Assembly (NCBI GenBank): GCA_003170595.1
Contig: PMZA01000221.1
Coordinates: forward strand, 17,828-55,250
From: Armatimonadota bacterium
Lineage (GTDB): Bacteria; Armatimonadota; Zipacnadia; Zipacnadales; FEN-943
Length of the DNA: 37,423 bases
Direction of reading: 5' to 3'
The notes beneath the pieces were generated by a model, which was not told where the DNA came from, made no database searches, and saw only the letters and a program-made list of their open reading frames with translations. Positions 16,141 through 26,300 of the stretch are shown here, piece after piece; within the stretch, counting starts at the first letter, position 1, and the number at the start of each line of letters is the position of its first letter. The position numbers and the translations under genes were made by a program.

Positions 16141-18675
16141 ATGAGGCTACCGCTCGCAGTCCTGTTGTTCGTCCTTTGCGCATCGGCCTTCGCCCAACCC
16201 GGCCTCGTCGACTGGGTTGCGAAGGAGCCCGCCCCCCCAACGCCGGCCGCAGCCCTGCGCCTTCTCACCAGCCACCCCGGCGCGCTTGAGGTCCGGTGGC
16301 GAGCCAACGGCGCGACCGATTGGATGGGCGATCTCTCCGCCTGGGATGCCTCCCGCGACGGCTTAGTCGGCGCGGGCAAGAGCGACGGCCTCTTCACCGC
16401 CTCCCTCAAAGCCTCCGCCTGGCACAACGGCCTTCGCCTCACCGTCGTCCTTACCGCCACCCGCGCGGCAGCCCAGCCCACCGAGGTCATCGTCCGCTGC
16501 CCCTTCGACGCGTCAGCCTGGCAGCGCCAGTTCTACCCCCACCTGCCGTACCTTGCGACCGCGCCGGACGCGCCGGTACTTCTGCGCTTCGCGGCGGATG
16601 CGACCGACGCGACGACCTTCGCCCAGGCGCCGGAAGTCGCCTTCTACCCCTTCGGCGTCCTCGAGAACGACCGCGCCTTCGTGCTCTGGGGCTGCCCCGA
16701 CGTTGGCCGCTATGCGGTCCTCAGCCCCAACGCGATCGCCCCCGGAGCGCCCTGCCTATCGCTCCGCCCCAAGCACCTCGCCGCCGGGCAGCAGTTGTCC
16801 TTCGACCTCATGCTGAAGCGCTTCACCAAGCCCGACTGCCGCTACCGCGACGTCCTCCGCTGGTATCTCCAGTCGTGCTTCAGCACCGACCCGCTCAACC
16901 GCGACCTCTTCCCCTGGGATGGCCGATTTCACGCCCGCCGGTTCCAGGTCGGCAATCTCGGCAGCGGCATCGGCCGCCTCGCCGAGCCCGGGTCTGAGGG
17001 CACGAAGCTCCTCGACGAGCTTCATCGCCGCCGCGTGACCGGCTTCTGGTTCCAGGGCTGGGGCTCGTGGGATGAGACCTATCCCACCGAGGGCTCCTGG
17101 CTCACCGAATACTGGTCGCGCCTCTCGGCCACCCAGGTCCGCGACGAGATCGCCTGGGAGCGCGGGCACGGCCTCTTTCCCTTCATGTACGTCCGCCAAT
17201 TCCTCGCCGAGCAGGGCGTCCACGATGACCGCCCGCCCTATCGCGACTGGCTCGGCCGCGACGAGAACGGCAACCGCCAGGGCTGGGGAGACTCAGCCGT
17301 GCCCGACGCGATCGCCGCGGAGGTCGGCTTCCACACCTTGCAGCAGAGCGTCGCTGACTTCGGCGACGACGCCTACCGCGCCTGGTACGAGGCCCGCGTG
17401 AAGGCCTGCATGGACACCTATCGGCCTGCGGGCATCGCGTGGGACATGGGCTGGGCGGCCGGGCCGACGTGGGAGTACTCGCACTCGAACCCGAAGCAGA
17501 TGAACGGCGACGGCATGCTCCGCGCTCAGGCCGACCTCTGGGCCTGGCTCCCTTCGCACCATCCAGAAATGCGCACCATCGCCAACGAGGCCTTCGGCAC
17601 GCCCTCGCAGATGTTCGCCGACGGCATCCTCCTCGAGGGCGGCTTCGCGGTGGGCAAGACCGAGCTTGATTACGAGGCCGCCAGGGCCCTCGGCTCGACC
17701 ATCATCAGCTACGAGTACCCCGAGCAGTACGCGGCCCGCCTGACCGGCCTCCCGACCACCTCCGCGCGGTACGTGCAGTTCCGCTATCGCGCCGTCGGCC
17801 TCAACACCGCTTCCGGGCGCTACGTGGTCTACCCCTCGCAGGAGATCGTCGGCAAGGAGGGCACGGCCCTCGGCTGTAGCGATCTCCTCTCCGACGGCGA
17901 GTGGCACATCGCGACCTTCGACATGCGCAAGCTGCCGCAGATCGCCGAGATCAAGGGCCTCGCCTTCGGGATGGAGGCCGGCGCCGATGAAGCCCATCTC
18001 TGGGTCGACTACATCCGCTTCAGCGCCACGCCCGACGGTCCTGCCCTCGAGGTCGGGCCGAAGAGCTTCCCCTCGAACATCACCGCAGCCGAGGCGGCAG
18101 CCTTCGAGCCACGGCCCGGCTGGCTGGGCAATCCGGCGCCCGACTACGGCGTGCGCCGCGATGGTGACGCGCTCGAGTTCTTCGTCCGCGGCAAGGGCCG
18201 CGGGATGAGCTGGTCCTTCTTCACGGCACAGGCCGACGTCGCCCAGGAGTACCTGAAGGTCGTCGGCCTCGGCGCGTGCCTGGGGGCCGGCGTGCGCGGC
18301 GAGTGGGGGACCCTCGACGCCTTCTCGGCCCAGGCCATGGCCCTGCCGCCGCTCGTCGGCAGCCACGATGTCGAGGTCGCCCAGGAGGCCCCCGGCGTAT
18401 ATGCCTCGGGCTGGGGCGGCGGCGGGCACCTTCTCCTCGCGGCCTACAACGGCAGCGCCGAGTCCCGCTCGCTGACTGTCGGGGTCCCGGCGAAGGTCCT
18501 ATCCCAGTCCGGCGTCACACCCGGTCCCGGCGCACTCAGCCGCATCCTCGGCCGCGACGCCTTGCCTTCCCGCCCGGGCCCATCCGCCTCCGCAACCAAA
18601 GCCGGCGGCCTCAAGCTCACCGTCCGCCTGGAGCCCGGCGAGGAACTGCTTTGGGGAAGCTGGGGATGGGAGTGA
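16141..18675 (+). CDS. Secreted hypothetical protein; putative TIM-barrel glycoside hydrolase with an inserted beta-sandwich module
   Basis: AGGAG RBS; signal peptide 'MRLPLAVLLFVLCASAFA'. 'ADFGDDAYRAWY...YRPAGIAWDMG' and 'IANE' recall barrel hydrolases with a G-x-x-x-D strand motif. Inserted 'DGEWH...VDYIRF' module. Confidence 0.55.
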   Translation: MRLPLAVLLFVLCASAFAQPGLVDWVAKEPAPPTPAAALRLLTSHPGALEVRWRANGATDWMGDLSAWDASRDGLVGAGKSDGLFTASLKASAWHNGLRLTVVLTATRAAAQPTEVIVRCPFDASAWQRQFYPHLPYLATAPDAPVLLRFAADATDATTFAQAPEVAFYPFGVLENDRAFVLWGCPDVGRYAVLSPNAIAPGAPCLSLRPKHLAAGQQLSFDLMLKRFTKPDCRYRDVLRWYLQSCFSTDPLNRDLFPWDGRFHARRFQVGNLGSGIGRLAEPGSEGTKLLDELHRRRVTGFWFQGWGSWDETYPTEGSWLTEYWSRLSATQVRDEIAWERGHGLFPFMYVRQFLAEQGVHDDRPPYRDWLGRDENGNRQGWGDSAVPDAIAAEVGFHTLQQSVADFGDDAYRAWYEARVKACMDTYRPAGIAWDMGWAAGPTWEYSHSNPKQMNGDGMLRAQADLWAWLPSHHPEMRTIANEAFGTPSQMFADGILLEGGFAVGKTELDYEAARALGSTIISYEYPEQYAARLTGLPTTSARYVQFRYRAVGLNTASGRYVVYPSQEIVGKEGTALGCSDLLSDGEWHIATFDMRKLPQIAEIKGLAFGMEAGADEAHLWVDYIRFSATPDGPALEVGPKSFPSNITAAEAAAFEPRPGWLGNPAPDYGVRRDGDALEFFVRGKGRGMSWSFFTAQADVAQEYLKVVGLGACLGAGVRGEWGTLDAFSAQAMALPPLVGSHDVEVAQEAPGVYASGWGGGGHLLLAAYNGSAESRSLTVGVPAKVLSQSGVTPGPGALSRILGRDALPSRPGPSASATKAGGLKLTVRLEPGEELLWGSWGWE

Positions 18676-18680
18676 TAGCG

Positions 18681-18699
18681 TTGGCGCCTCAGGCGCCAA
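18681..18699. repeat. Intergenic perfect inverted repeat adjacent to an RBS
   Basis: TTGGCGCCT-C-AGGCGCCAA, preceded by ATAG-CG and followed directly by GGGAGG. Confidence 0.6.
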
Positions 18700-18712
18700 G
18701 GGAGGAGCATCC

Positions 18713-20239
18713 ATGACCTCACCCACATCAGCGGGGGAACCAGTGGACCTTGGCTCGCGCCTTGAACTCCTCGTGGATGACTTCCTCCTCGAGGGCATGA
18801 CCGGCGGCGCCCGCCTCGAGCTGCACCATCCCGTCCGCCGCGAGGTCGTCTTCTGTACCGACGCTCCCTGGGAGGGCAACGCCTGCGCCTATGAATCCAT
18901 CTTCGAGGACGACGGCCTCTTCCGCCTGTACTATCACGGCCTCCACTACCGCTTCAGCGGCCCGCCGGCTCAGGCCCTCCCCGATCATCCCGGCGTCCTC
19001 TGCTACGCCGAGAGCGACGACGGCCTCCACTGGCGACGGCCCGACCTCGGCCTCTTCGACTTCGGCGGATCGAAGGCCAACAACATCGTCCTCACAGCCG
19101 AGGTCCTCGAAGAGGTCGGCGGCGACCCGGTGCACACCGCCGTCTTCAGGGACAGCAATCCTGCATGCCCGGCCGACGAGCGCTACAAGATCGTCTGCGT
19201 CGGATCCAAACCGGCGGGCCTCTACGCGCTCAAGTCCGCCGATGGGATCCACTTCTCGCTGATGAGCCGCGAGCCCATCGTCACCGAGGGCGCCTTCGAT
19301 TCGGAGAACCTCGCCTTCTGGGATCCCGTCCGCGAGGAGTATCGCGAATACCACCGCGGCTTCCGCGACGACCGCCGGGACATCCTCACCTCGGCCTCGC
19401 GCGACTTCCTGCACTTCCGCGCCCCGCAGTGGCTCGAGTACCCGGGCGCCCCGCCCGAGCAGCTTTACATCAACCAGGTCCAGCCCTACTTCCGCGCCCC
19501 GCACATCTTTATGGGCTTCCCCGCGCGCTATATCGAAGGCGACTGGTCCGAGCCCCTTCTCGACCTCCCCGGCCTCGACGAGCGCCTCGCCCGAGCGAAA
19601 GAGCACCCCCGCTACGGCACCGCCCTGACCGACGCGGTCTTCATGTCCAGCCGCGATGGCCTCACCTTCAACCGCTGGCCCGAGGCCTTCATCAGACCCG
19701 GCCCGAGGCGTCGCGGAAGCTGGGTCTACGGGGACAACTTCATCTTCTGGGGCATGATCCTGACCCCCTCCATGACCGAGGATGCGCCCGACGAGATATC
19801 CCTCTTCGCGACCGACGACTACTGGGAAGGCACCAGCATGAACATGCGCAGGTATACCCTTCGCGTCGACGGCTTCGTCTCTGCGGCGGCGCCTCTGTCC
19901 GGCGGCGAAATCCTCACGCGGCCCATCGTCTTCAACGGCGGCAGCCTCGCGATCAACGCCGACACCTCCGCCGCGGGTGGCGTGCGGGTTGAGGTGCAGA
20001 CCGCCGCCGGTGTGCCCATCGAGGGTTACGCGCTGGACGACTGCCCGCGTATCATGTGCGACGACCTCCACCATATCGTGCGGTGGACGACCAACGGCGG
20101 CGACCTTCGTCCCCTCGCGGGCAAGCCCGTCCGCCTCCGCTTCATCCTCAGCGACGCGGACCTTTACTCCTTCCAGTTTGTCCCTTACGCTCCGGTGGTG
20201 CGTGAGCAATCCCAAGTCGGCCAGGTGACGGTTCCATGA
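18713..20239 (+). CDS. Five-bladed beta-propeller glycoside hydrolase-like protein (GH32/43/130 superfamily-like) with C-terminal beta-sandwich
   Basis: GGGAGG RBS. Motifs: 'ELLVDDFLLE', 'DAPWEG', 'CYAESDDGLHWRRPDLG', 'AFDSENLAFWD', 'MSSRDGLTF', 'YTLRVDGFVS', 'GKPVRLRFIL..ADLYSF'. No signal peptide. Confidence 0.7.
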   Translation: MTSPTSAGEPVDLGSRLELLVDDFLLEGMTGGARLELHHPVRREVVFCTDAPWEGNACAYESIFEDDGLFRLYYHGLHYRFSGPPAQALPDHPGVLCYAESDDGLHWRRPDLGLFDFGGSKANNIVLTAEVLEEVGGDPVHTAVFRDSNPACPADERYKIVCVGSKPAGLYALKSADGIHFSLMSREPIVTEGAFDSENLAFWDPVREEYREYHRGFRDDRRDILTSASRDFLHFRAPQWLEYPGAPPEQLYINQVQPYFRAPHIFMGFPARYIEGDWSEPLLDLPGLDERLARAKEHPRYGTALTDAVFMSSRDGLTFNRWPEAFIRPGPRRRGSWVYGDNFIFWGMILTPSMTEDAPDEISLFATDDYWEGTSMNMRRYTLRVDGFVSAAAPLSGGEILTRPIVFNGGSLAINADTSAAGGVRVEVQTAAGVPIEGYALDDCPRIMCDDLHHIVRWTTNGGDLRPLAGKPVRLRFILSDADLYSFQFVPYAPVVREQSQVGQVTVP

Positions 20240-23200
20240 GAGTAATCCTCTTCGCAGCAGCCTTCGCACTCGTTTTCTCGCCCGCCTTCGCTCAGGGGCC
20301 GGTCACGATTGGCGGTGTGACCTATGACCATGTCGATCCCGGCCCGGCCTTCACCGAGGCCGCCCGACCGCCGCAGGATTGGTCCGCGCCGGCGCCCTTC
20401 GCCGCCGAGACCGCCGCCGGCATGATGGCCTATGTCACCTCCGACGCCGGCGATTACAAGCCCGATCGCATCCCCAGGGCCGACGAGCATGCGGCAAAGC
20501 TGTCCGCCTTCTTCGCCCAGGGGCAGACCGAGGCCACCTGGGTCGGCGTGTCCGGCCTCTCGGATCTCCAAGGTCTCAGCGCGACGGTCGATCTCAAGGG
20601 CGCGCCGGTCAGCGTCGACGTCCGCCATCTTCACTTCTGGCCCCAGCGCACCGGCTGGGGTTCGCGTCAGTGGTACATGACCCCCGAGATGCTCCTCCCC
20701 TGCGCGGGCGGGATGCAGACAGTCCCCGCCACGCATGGCATCCTCGTGCAGAAGCCCTTCGACCTCAAGCTCGGTGAGACCGCCGCCTTCTGGCTCACCT
20801 TCATCGCCGCCGACGACGCGAAGCCCGGCGTCTATCAGTGCGCGGTCACGATCTCCAGCGCGGGCAAGCCGTCCCTCACCCTCCCCCTCACGGTCGAGGT
20901 CCTGCCCTTCAAGCTCGATCGCCCGAAGAGCAAGCAGTGGCTCCTCTACGCCGACACTTGGCGGTGGAACGCGATGAGCGATGCGCAGGTCCTCGCTGAG
21001 CTTCGCGACTTCGGCCGCCACGGCATCACCGGCCTGGTCGAGATGCCCCTCGGGTCCGAGGATCTCTCCCAGCTCAAGGCCGGCAAAGTCACCTTCGACG
21101 CCCGACCCTTCAAGCGCCTGGCGAAGCTCTGCGATGAGGCCGGCATCCCCGGCCCTCACGTCTGCTCCTACGGTGGCGCGGCGGAGAGAGTGCGTGACGC
21201 CTTGGGCCTCACCGTCGACCTCGGCAAGGGCGAATGGCCCCAGGCCGTTAAGGATGGCGTCGCCCTGGTGGCGAAGGCCGCGGTCGACGCCACGAAGGAC
21301 ACGCCCACCCGCTGGTATTACTACGGCGTCGACGAGCCCACCGGCGAGAACACCTACGCGATCCAGGACTATCAGGCCTGGCATCAGGGCGGCGCCCCGA
21401 CCTACGCCACCTTCGGCGACCCGAAGTTCCTCGAGCAGGCCGCGGCCTACCTCACCGCCCCCTGCTTCGTCACCTATCTCATCAGCCAGGAGGCGGGAGC
21501 CCGCGCCGCGCGCGAGGGTTGCGCGAAGACCGGCGCTGAGTTCTGGTGGTACGGCATCGGCTCCTACGTGAACCCCTATGCCCAGGAGGGCGCCACCTTC
21601 GCCAACCGCTATGGCGCCGGCTTCCTCCTCTGGAAGAGCGGCGCGAAGTCCGCCGTCGCCTGGACCTTCCAGCGCGTCCACGAGGATGTCTTCAACGACT
21701 TCGATGGATCGCAGGTCAACTCCGCCGAGCCCAAGGATCAGATGACCGCCTACCCTCAGTTCCTGCGGCCCGACGACTGGTCCACCTACCAGGGCGCCAT
21801 CCCGACCCTCGCCTGGGAGGGCCTGCGCGAGGGCGTCGACGACTACCGCTACCTCTCCACCCTCGCCTCGCTCATCACCAGGGCGAAGTACAGCAGCACG
21901 CGAGCGGCGGCAGACGCTGCGAAGCATGCTCAGGACACCCTCGACACCCTCACCTCGACGATCCCCTGGGTCAACCCGATGGTGCAGTCGGACTTCCAGA
22001 CGATCCGCATGCAGCAGGTCCGCCGCGCGATCGCCGATCAGATCGTGATCCTACAGGCCGCCCTCCGCGGTGAGGCCCTCGCGCCCGAAGCAGTGCGTGA
22101 GGCGCACGTCTCCGTCCTCGTATCGGCAGCCGTGGCCGATGCCGCGCCCGAGTCGCCGATGCCCGCAATCTCAGCCGCACGCGCAGCCGTCCCGCCCATC
22201 ATCGACGGCATCCTCGACGACGCCTGCTGGGCGTCTGCTCCTGTCGCCGACGACTTCCGCACAGTGAACACCGACAAGCCGTCCGCCGCCCCGACCGAGG
22301 CCCGCCTGGCCTATGACGACCGCTGCCTCTACGTCGCCTTCGATTGCCACGAGCCCGCGATGGACAAGCTCGTCGCGAAGCAGTTCGGCCATGACACGCC
22401 CATGGTCTGGGTCGACGACGGCATCGAGTTCTTCCTCGGCGGTGCCGATCGCAAGAAGTACGCGCACGTGATCGTTAACACCAACAAGTCGGTGTACGAC
22501 GAGATCGGCCAGGACCCGTCGTGGAACCCCGCGCTCGAGGTGGGCTTGCACAAGCGGGCCGACGGCTACAGTGTCGAGATCGCCATTCCGTGGGCCGACC
22601 TCGCGCAGGCCGGGATCGCGCGGGCCTCGATCATGACGGTAAACTTCTGCCGCAGCCGTTTCGCCGGATCCGACGACTCGCCCCACAGCTCGTGGTCCTT
22701 CGCTGGCGGCGGCTTCCACGTTCCCGAGCGCTTCGGCCTCGCCCAATTCGGCGACAGCGCGCTCGCCTTGAGCAGCGTTCAGGTACCGAGGTCCTGGGGA
22801 CGACAGGTCATGGTCGCCGAGCTTCGCAATCTTTCCGACGCGCCCGTCAAGGCACGCGTCGGCCTCTCGGGATCGCGCGCTCAGCAGGTCGTCGTTCCCG
22901 CGCATGCCACGGCGACGGTCCGCATGCCGGTCGATCTCATGAAGCCCGGTCCGGCGACCGCGAGCTTCTCCTGGGGCATCGCGGGGAAGGCGCCTTCGAC
23001 GATCAGTTTCCCGATCACCGTACCCGAGCCGGCATCGGTATCGGGCTGCCCGTCCTTCGTGTCCGACGGCGAGACGGTAAAGGTCGTGGTAACGACTCAC
23101 GCGACCGCAGCCGACTGGCAGGCCTACCGCGTCCTCGCCACTGCCTCCACCGCCTCCGGTTCGCAGCAGGTCAGCTTCGCCGCGAAGCCCGGCCGCTCCG

Positions 23201-23313
23201 CGCGACTCCAGCTTCGCATGTCGGGGCCCACAACCCTCACCGTCGGCCTCGTCGACGACAGCGGCGCCTGGGTCGGCAAGCCCACCCAGCAGCGCATCAT
23301 CGCCTTCCCCTAG
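20236..23313 (+). CDS. Secreted DUF4091/GH123-like glycoside hydrolase with CBM9-like domain
   Basis: ATGA overlap with the upstream stop; signal peptide. 'FWLTF..DAKPGVY', 'YYGVDEP', 'TLAWEGLREGVDDYRYL'. CBM9-like 'PIIDGILDDACW...ARLAYDDRCLYVAF...DDGIEFF...YSVEIAIPW'. Confidence 0.78.
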   Translation: MRVILFAAAFALVFSPAFAQGPVTIGGVTYDHVDPGPAFTEAARPPQDWSAPAPFAAETAAGMMAYVTSDAGDYKPDRIPRADEHAAKLSAFFAQGQTEATWVGVSGLSDLQGLSATVDLKGAPVSVDVRHLHFWPQRTGWGSRQWYMTPEMLLPCAGGMQTVPATHGILVQKPFDLKLGETAAFWLTFIAADDAKPGVYQCAVTISSAGKPSLTLPLTVEVLPFKLDRPKSKQWLLYADTWRWNAMSDAQVLAELRDFGRHGITGLVEMPLGSEDLSQLKAGKVTFDARPFKRLAKLCDEAGIPGPHVCSYGGAAERVRDALGLTVDLGKGEWPQAVKDGVALVAKAAVDATKDTPTRWYYYGVDEPTGENTYAIQDYQAWHQGGAPTYATFGDPKFLEQAAAYLTAPCFVTYLISQEAGARAAREGCAKTGAEFWWYGIGSYVNPYAQEGATFANRYGAGFLLWKSGAKSAVAWTFQRVHEDVFNDFDGSQVNSAEPKDQMTAYPQFLRPDDWSTYQGAIPTLAWEGLREGVDDYRYLSTLASLITRAKYSSTRAAADAAKHAQDTLDTLTSTIPWVNPMVQSDFQTIRMQQVRRAIADQIVILQAALRGEALAPEAVREAHVSVLVSAAVADAAPESPMPAISAARAAVPPIIDGILDDACWASAPVADDFRTVNTDKPSAAPTEARLAYDDRCLYVAFDCHEPAMDKLVAKQFGHDTPMVWVDDGIEFFLGGADRKKYAHVIVNTNKSVYDEIGQDPSWNPALEVGLHKRADGYSVEIAIPWADLAQAGIARASIMTVNFCRSRFAGSDDSPHSSWSFAGGGFHVPERFGLAQFGDSALALSSVQVPRSWGRQVMVAELRNLSDAPVKARVGLSGSRAQQVVVPAHATATVRMPVDLMKPGPATASFSWGIAGKAPSTISFPITVPEPASVSGCPSFVSDGETVKVVVTTHATAADWQAYRVLATASTASGSQQVSFAAKPGRSARLQLRMSGPTTLTVGLVDDSGAWVGKPTQQRIIAFP

Positions 23314-23317
23314 GGCG

Positions 23318-26300
23318 TCACTGCTGAGGGATCACTTCAATCGCATCGCACAGCCTTGCCGTCGGGTCGACTGCCCCGCCCGGCGGCACGCTGAACTCGA
23401 TGTCCAGCACCCCGTCGCGAACCTCCACGTCCCGGAACTCGCGCACCATCGCCTTCCGGAAGTCGCTCCCGCACGCCGTGAACAGGTCCACGTCGGTCAT
23501 CACCTTCTTCCCCTCGATGGCCACGCTCATGACGAACACGCTCGGCTTCGCGCCAGGCTCATACCCGACCTTGAGGTACAGCCGCACCGTGTACTTCCCG
23601 GGCTTCACCGTGAACCGGTACGCGTCCAGGTCATAGGCCTCCGTCGCGAAGAGCGCCGGATCGTCGGTGCCGATGAGGCCCGCCGTCGACCGCCCCACCG
23701 ACTGACAGCTCCCGTCGTAGCCATACCCGCCCACCGTGTATTTCCGGTCGGGGAAGAAGAGTCGGCCCGACTTCGCGCGGTAGAACGCGGCGCTCCCGCA
23801 GTCGATCGCGTACTCGCTCCGCGCGATCATGGCCGCCTTCTCCTTCAGCGATCCATCAGCCGCGGCCTTGCGGAACTCCGGGATACCGAGCACGAGCTTC
23901 GACACCAGCAGTCGATGAGCATCGGCATAGCGGCCCTCAGCTACGCGCTTATGGATGTCTGCGAGTCGCTGTTTCTGCGGTGCGACATCGGCCCCACTCT
24001 CGGCCAGAGCGGCGACCTCCTGCTGAAGCTCCTTCACCCTTGCCGCGAACCATGCGCGCGTCGACTCAGGCACCGTCACATGCCCACCTCGCGGCTTCAC
24101 ACTCGGACTGGCCAGCCGGAACGATTTCAGTTCATACGGCTTCAGCTCGATCGTCATCGGTCCCGCGCCGGAGCCCATGTCGATCGTCGCAGTCACCGGC
24201 GACCACAGCAGGTTGACGGCGTATAGGTATGTGCCGCCGCTCGTATTGAGGTACCTCGCCGTCACGGGATCGCTCATCCCCGCCACGTCCTTGAAGTCGC
24301 CCACCGGCAGCGCCCGGTACGCGCTCGCGAATTCCCGCGTCTCGGCGTCACGGCCCATCGTTCCCAGCGGCTGCGCGCCGATGAGTATCTGCGAGGCGTC
24401 CTGCGAGGCCATGGCGTCGGCGAAGTCCTCGAGGAAGTACCGTCCGTTCGCCTTGGGATCGGAGTTCTGGAAGTAGCCCTTGTAGGTCGCCTGCTTGAGC
24501 GACTCCATGAACGACTCGAAGTATCGCAGGTAGATCGACGTCCCCGACCGCGCCCCGTTGCGGAAGACGCCGAACTTGGCGACGTTGTGGTTCAACTCGC
24601 CGGTGATATTTTCCCGCCCGCCGTACCAGTGCTTGAGCCACCGGTAGAACGTCCCGTCTTCCATGGGCACGAGCACCACCGACGGCAGCTTCTTCACCGC
24701 CGCCATGTCCAGCCCGACGTTCTCGTAGGCGAACTTGCTGAAGTCGAAGTCCTCGCACTGCTCGGCGTCGAGGTACTCCGGCGAATTGTCGTACCACCCG
24801 CTGACGCTGATCTGCAGCTGCAGCCCCGGCCTCGTCCGGCGCACCATCGCATCCGCCTGCGCCAGCAGTTCGGTGTTCTTCCGCGCCCGCCAGGCCAGCC
24901 ACTCCGCGCGTTTGTCGTGGGTCAGGTACGTGTACCGTTCGGCAAAGCGTCCCTCCGGCTTCTCGGCGGCGGGAACCTTGATCCCGGTATCCCGCTCGAA
25001 GGCCGCCACGGTCAGATCGTCGTAGCCCATGTCGAGCGACCCGTACAGATACGGCGCATGGCCGTCGCACCACAGGTCGATCCCACGGAAGGCCTCATAC
25101 TTCCCATACCGCCGCAGCATCTCCCCGACCAGCTTCAGGAACGCCGCCCGCACCGCCGGATGGCTCGGGTTGTCGCCCAGGCCCGGATCCTCCCAGCCCG
25201 TCGCCGCCGTCTTCCCATTGCGATCGACGCGGTAGTACCCTTCCTTCACCCGCGCCTCGAGCCCCTCCTGCGAAGCCCCCTGCGCAGGCATCGTCCACAC
25301 GTTGATGTTGCCCAGAAGATGCTTGCCCCTTCGCCCCATCATCTCCAGCAAGAGGTCCACCCAGCCCCCGACCCGCATCCCGTCGCCCACGTCATTCACC
25401 GGCCCCTCGTCGAGGTGCGACCAGGTGTACCGCGCGAGCGAGTACGACATCGCGTCCTGCCCCGTGTAGTCCATGTAGTCCAGCAGTTTCTCGAAGCACT
25501 GGATCGGATAGCCATAGGGGAGAGGACTGCGATGGAAGCTCTTGTCCTGCGGTCCGCCGAAGTTGGTCTCGAAGCTCTGGTCCTCATCGAGATGACCCAG
25601 CGACCGCCCCGTCATCCCGCGCGGCAGGTCCAGCGCCAGCCTCGGCAGCCTCTCCGCGAGGCGATAGATCTCCAGCTTCGCCGCCGCCGCCGCCATCCCC
25701 GGCACGAGGGTCCGCACCTCGAACAGGTACTGCTCCTCGGTGGGGTAGAAGAGGTAGCGCGCCGTCTGCATCGTCCCCGTGTTGGGGTACTCACCGCCGC
25801 ACTGCACCCCGCCGGACAGCCGGTCGCGATGCTGCGCCCAGTCGGACTTGGGGATCATGTAGAAGCTCATCGCCCGCTCGCGATCATCGGGCCACGTGAC
25901 CTCGAGCATGACCGGCGATCCGTCCGCGCCGGGTATCCGCACCTCATACCCGAACCGGTCCCACTTGCTCTCCCCGGCCTCGCGATAGCTGCCCACGCCG
26001 GGCGCCGTCTTCACCTTCGACGGCACGCTCTCCACGAACCCGTCGTCGGTCTTCGTGCAGTCGATGCTCACGACGCGCTCGCCGAGCTTGACCTCATCGT
26101 GCGATGCCGGCGCCGCGGGCAGTTGCTGATAGACGGTCAGCGGGAAGCTTCGCTGGAACCGTCCCGCCTGCCTCGTCAGAACGCACTCCGCGCGGTAGGC
26201 CCCGACTGCAAGCTTGCCCACGGGAAGCTTCAGCGTCTCGCGCCTCGATAGCTTCAGCGCGAACTCCTTCTGCCCGACCACCTTCCCATCGGCATCGCTC

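Noticed and set aside
23310-23320. CTAGGGCG between convergent stop codons as a REP remnant
   Set aside because: Only 7 nt match the head and no hairpin follows, which is compatible with chance.
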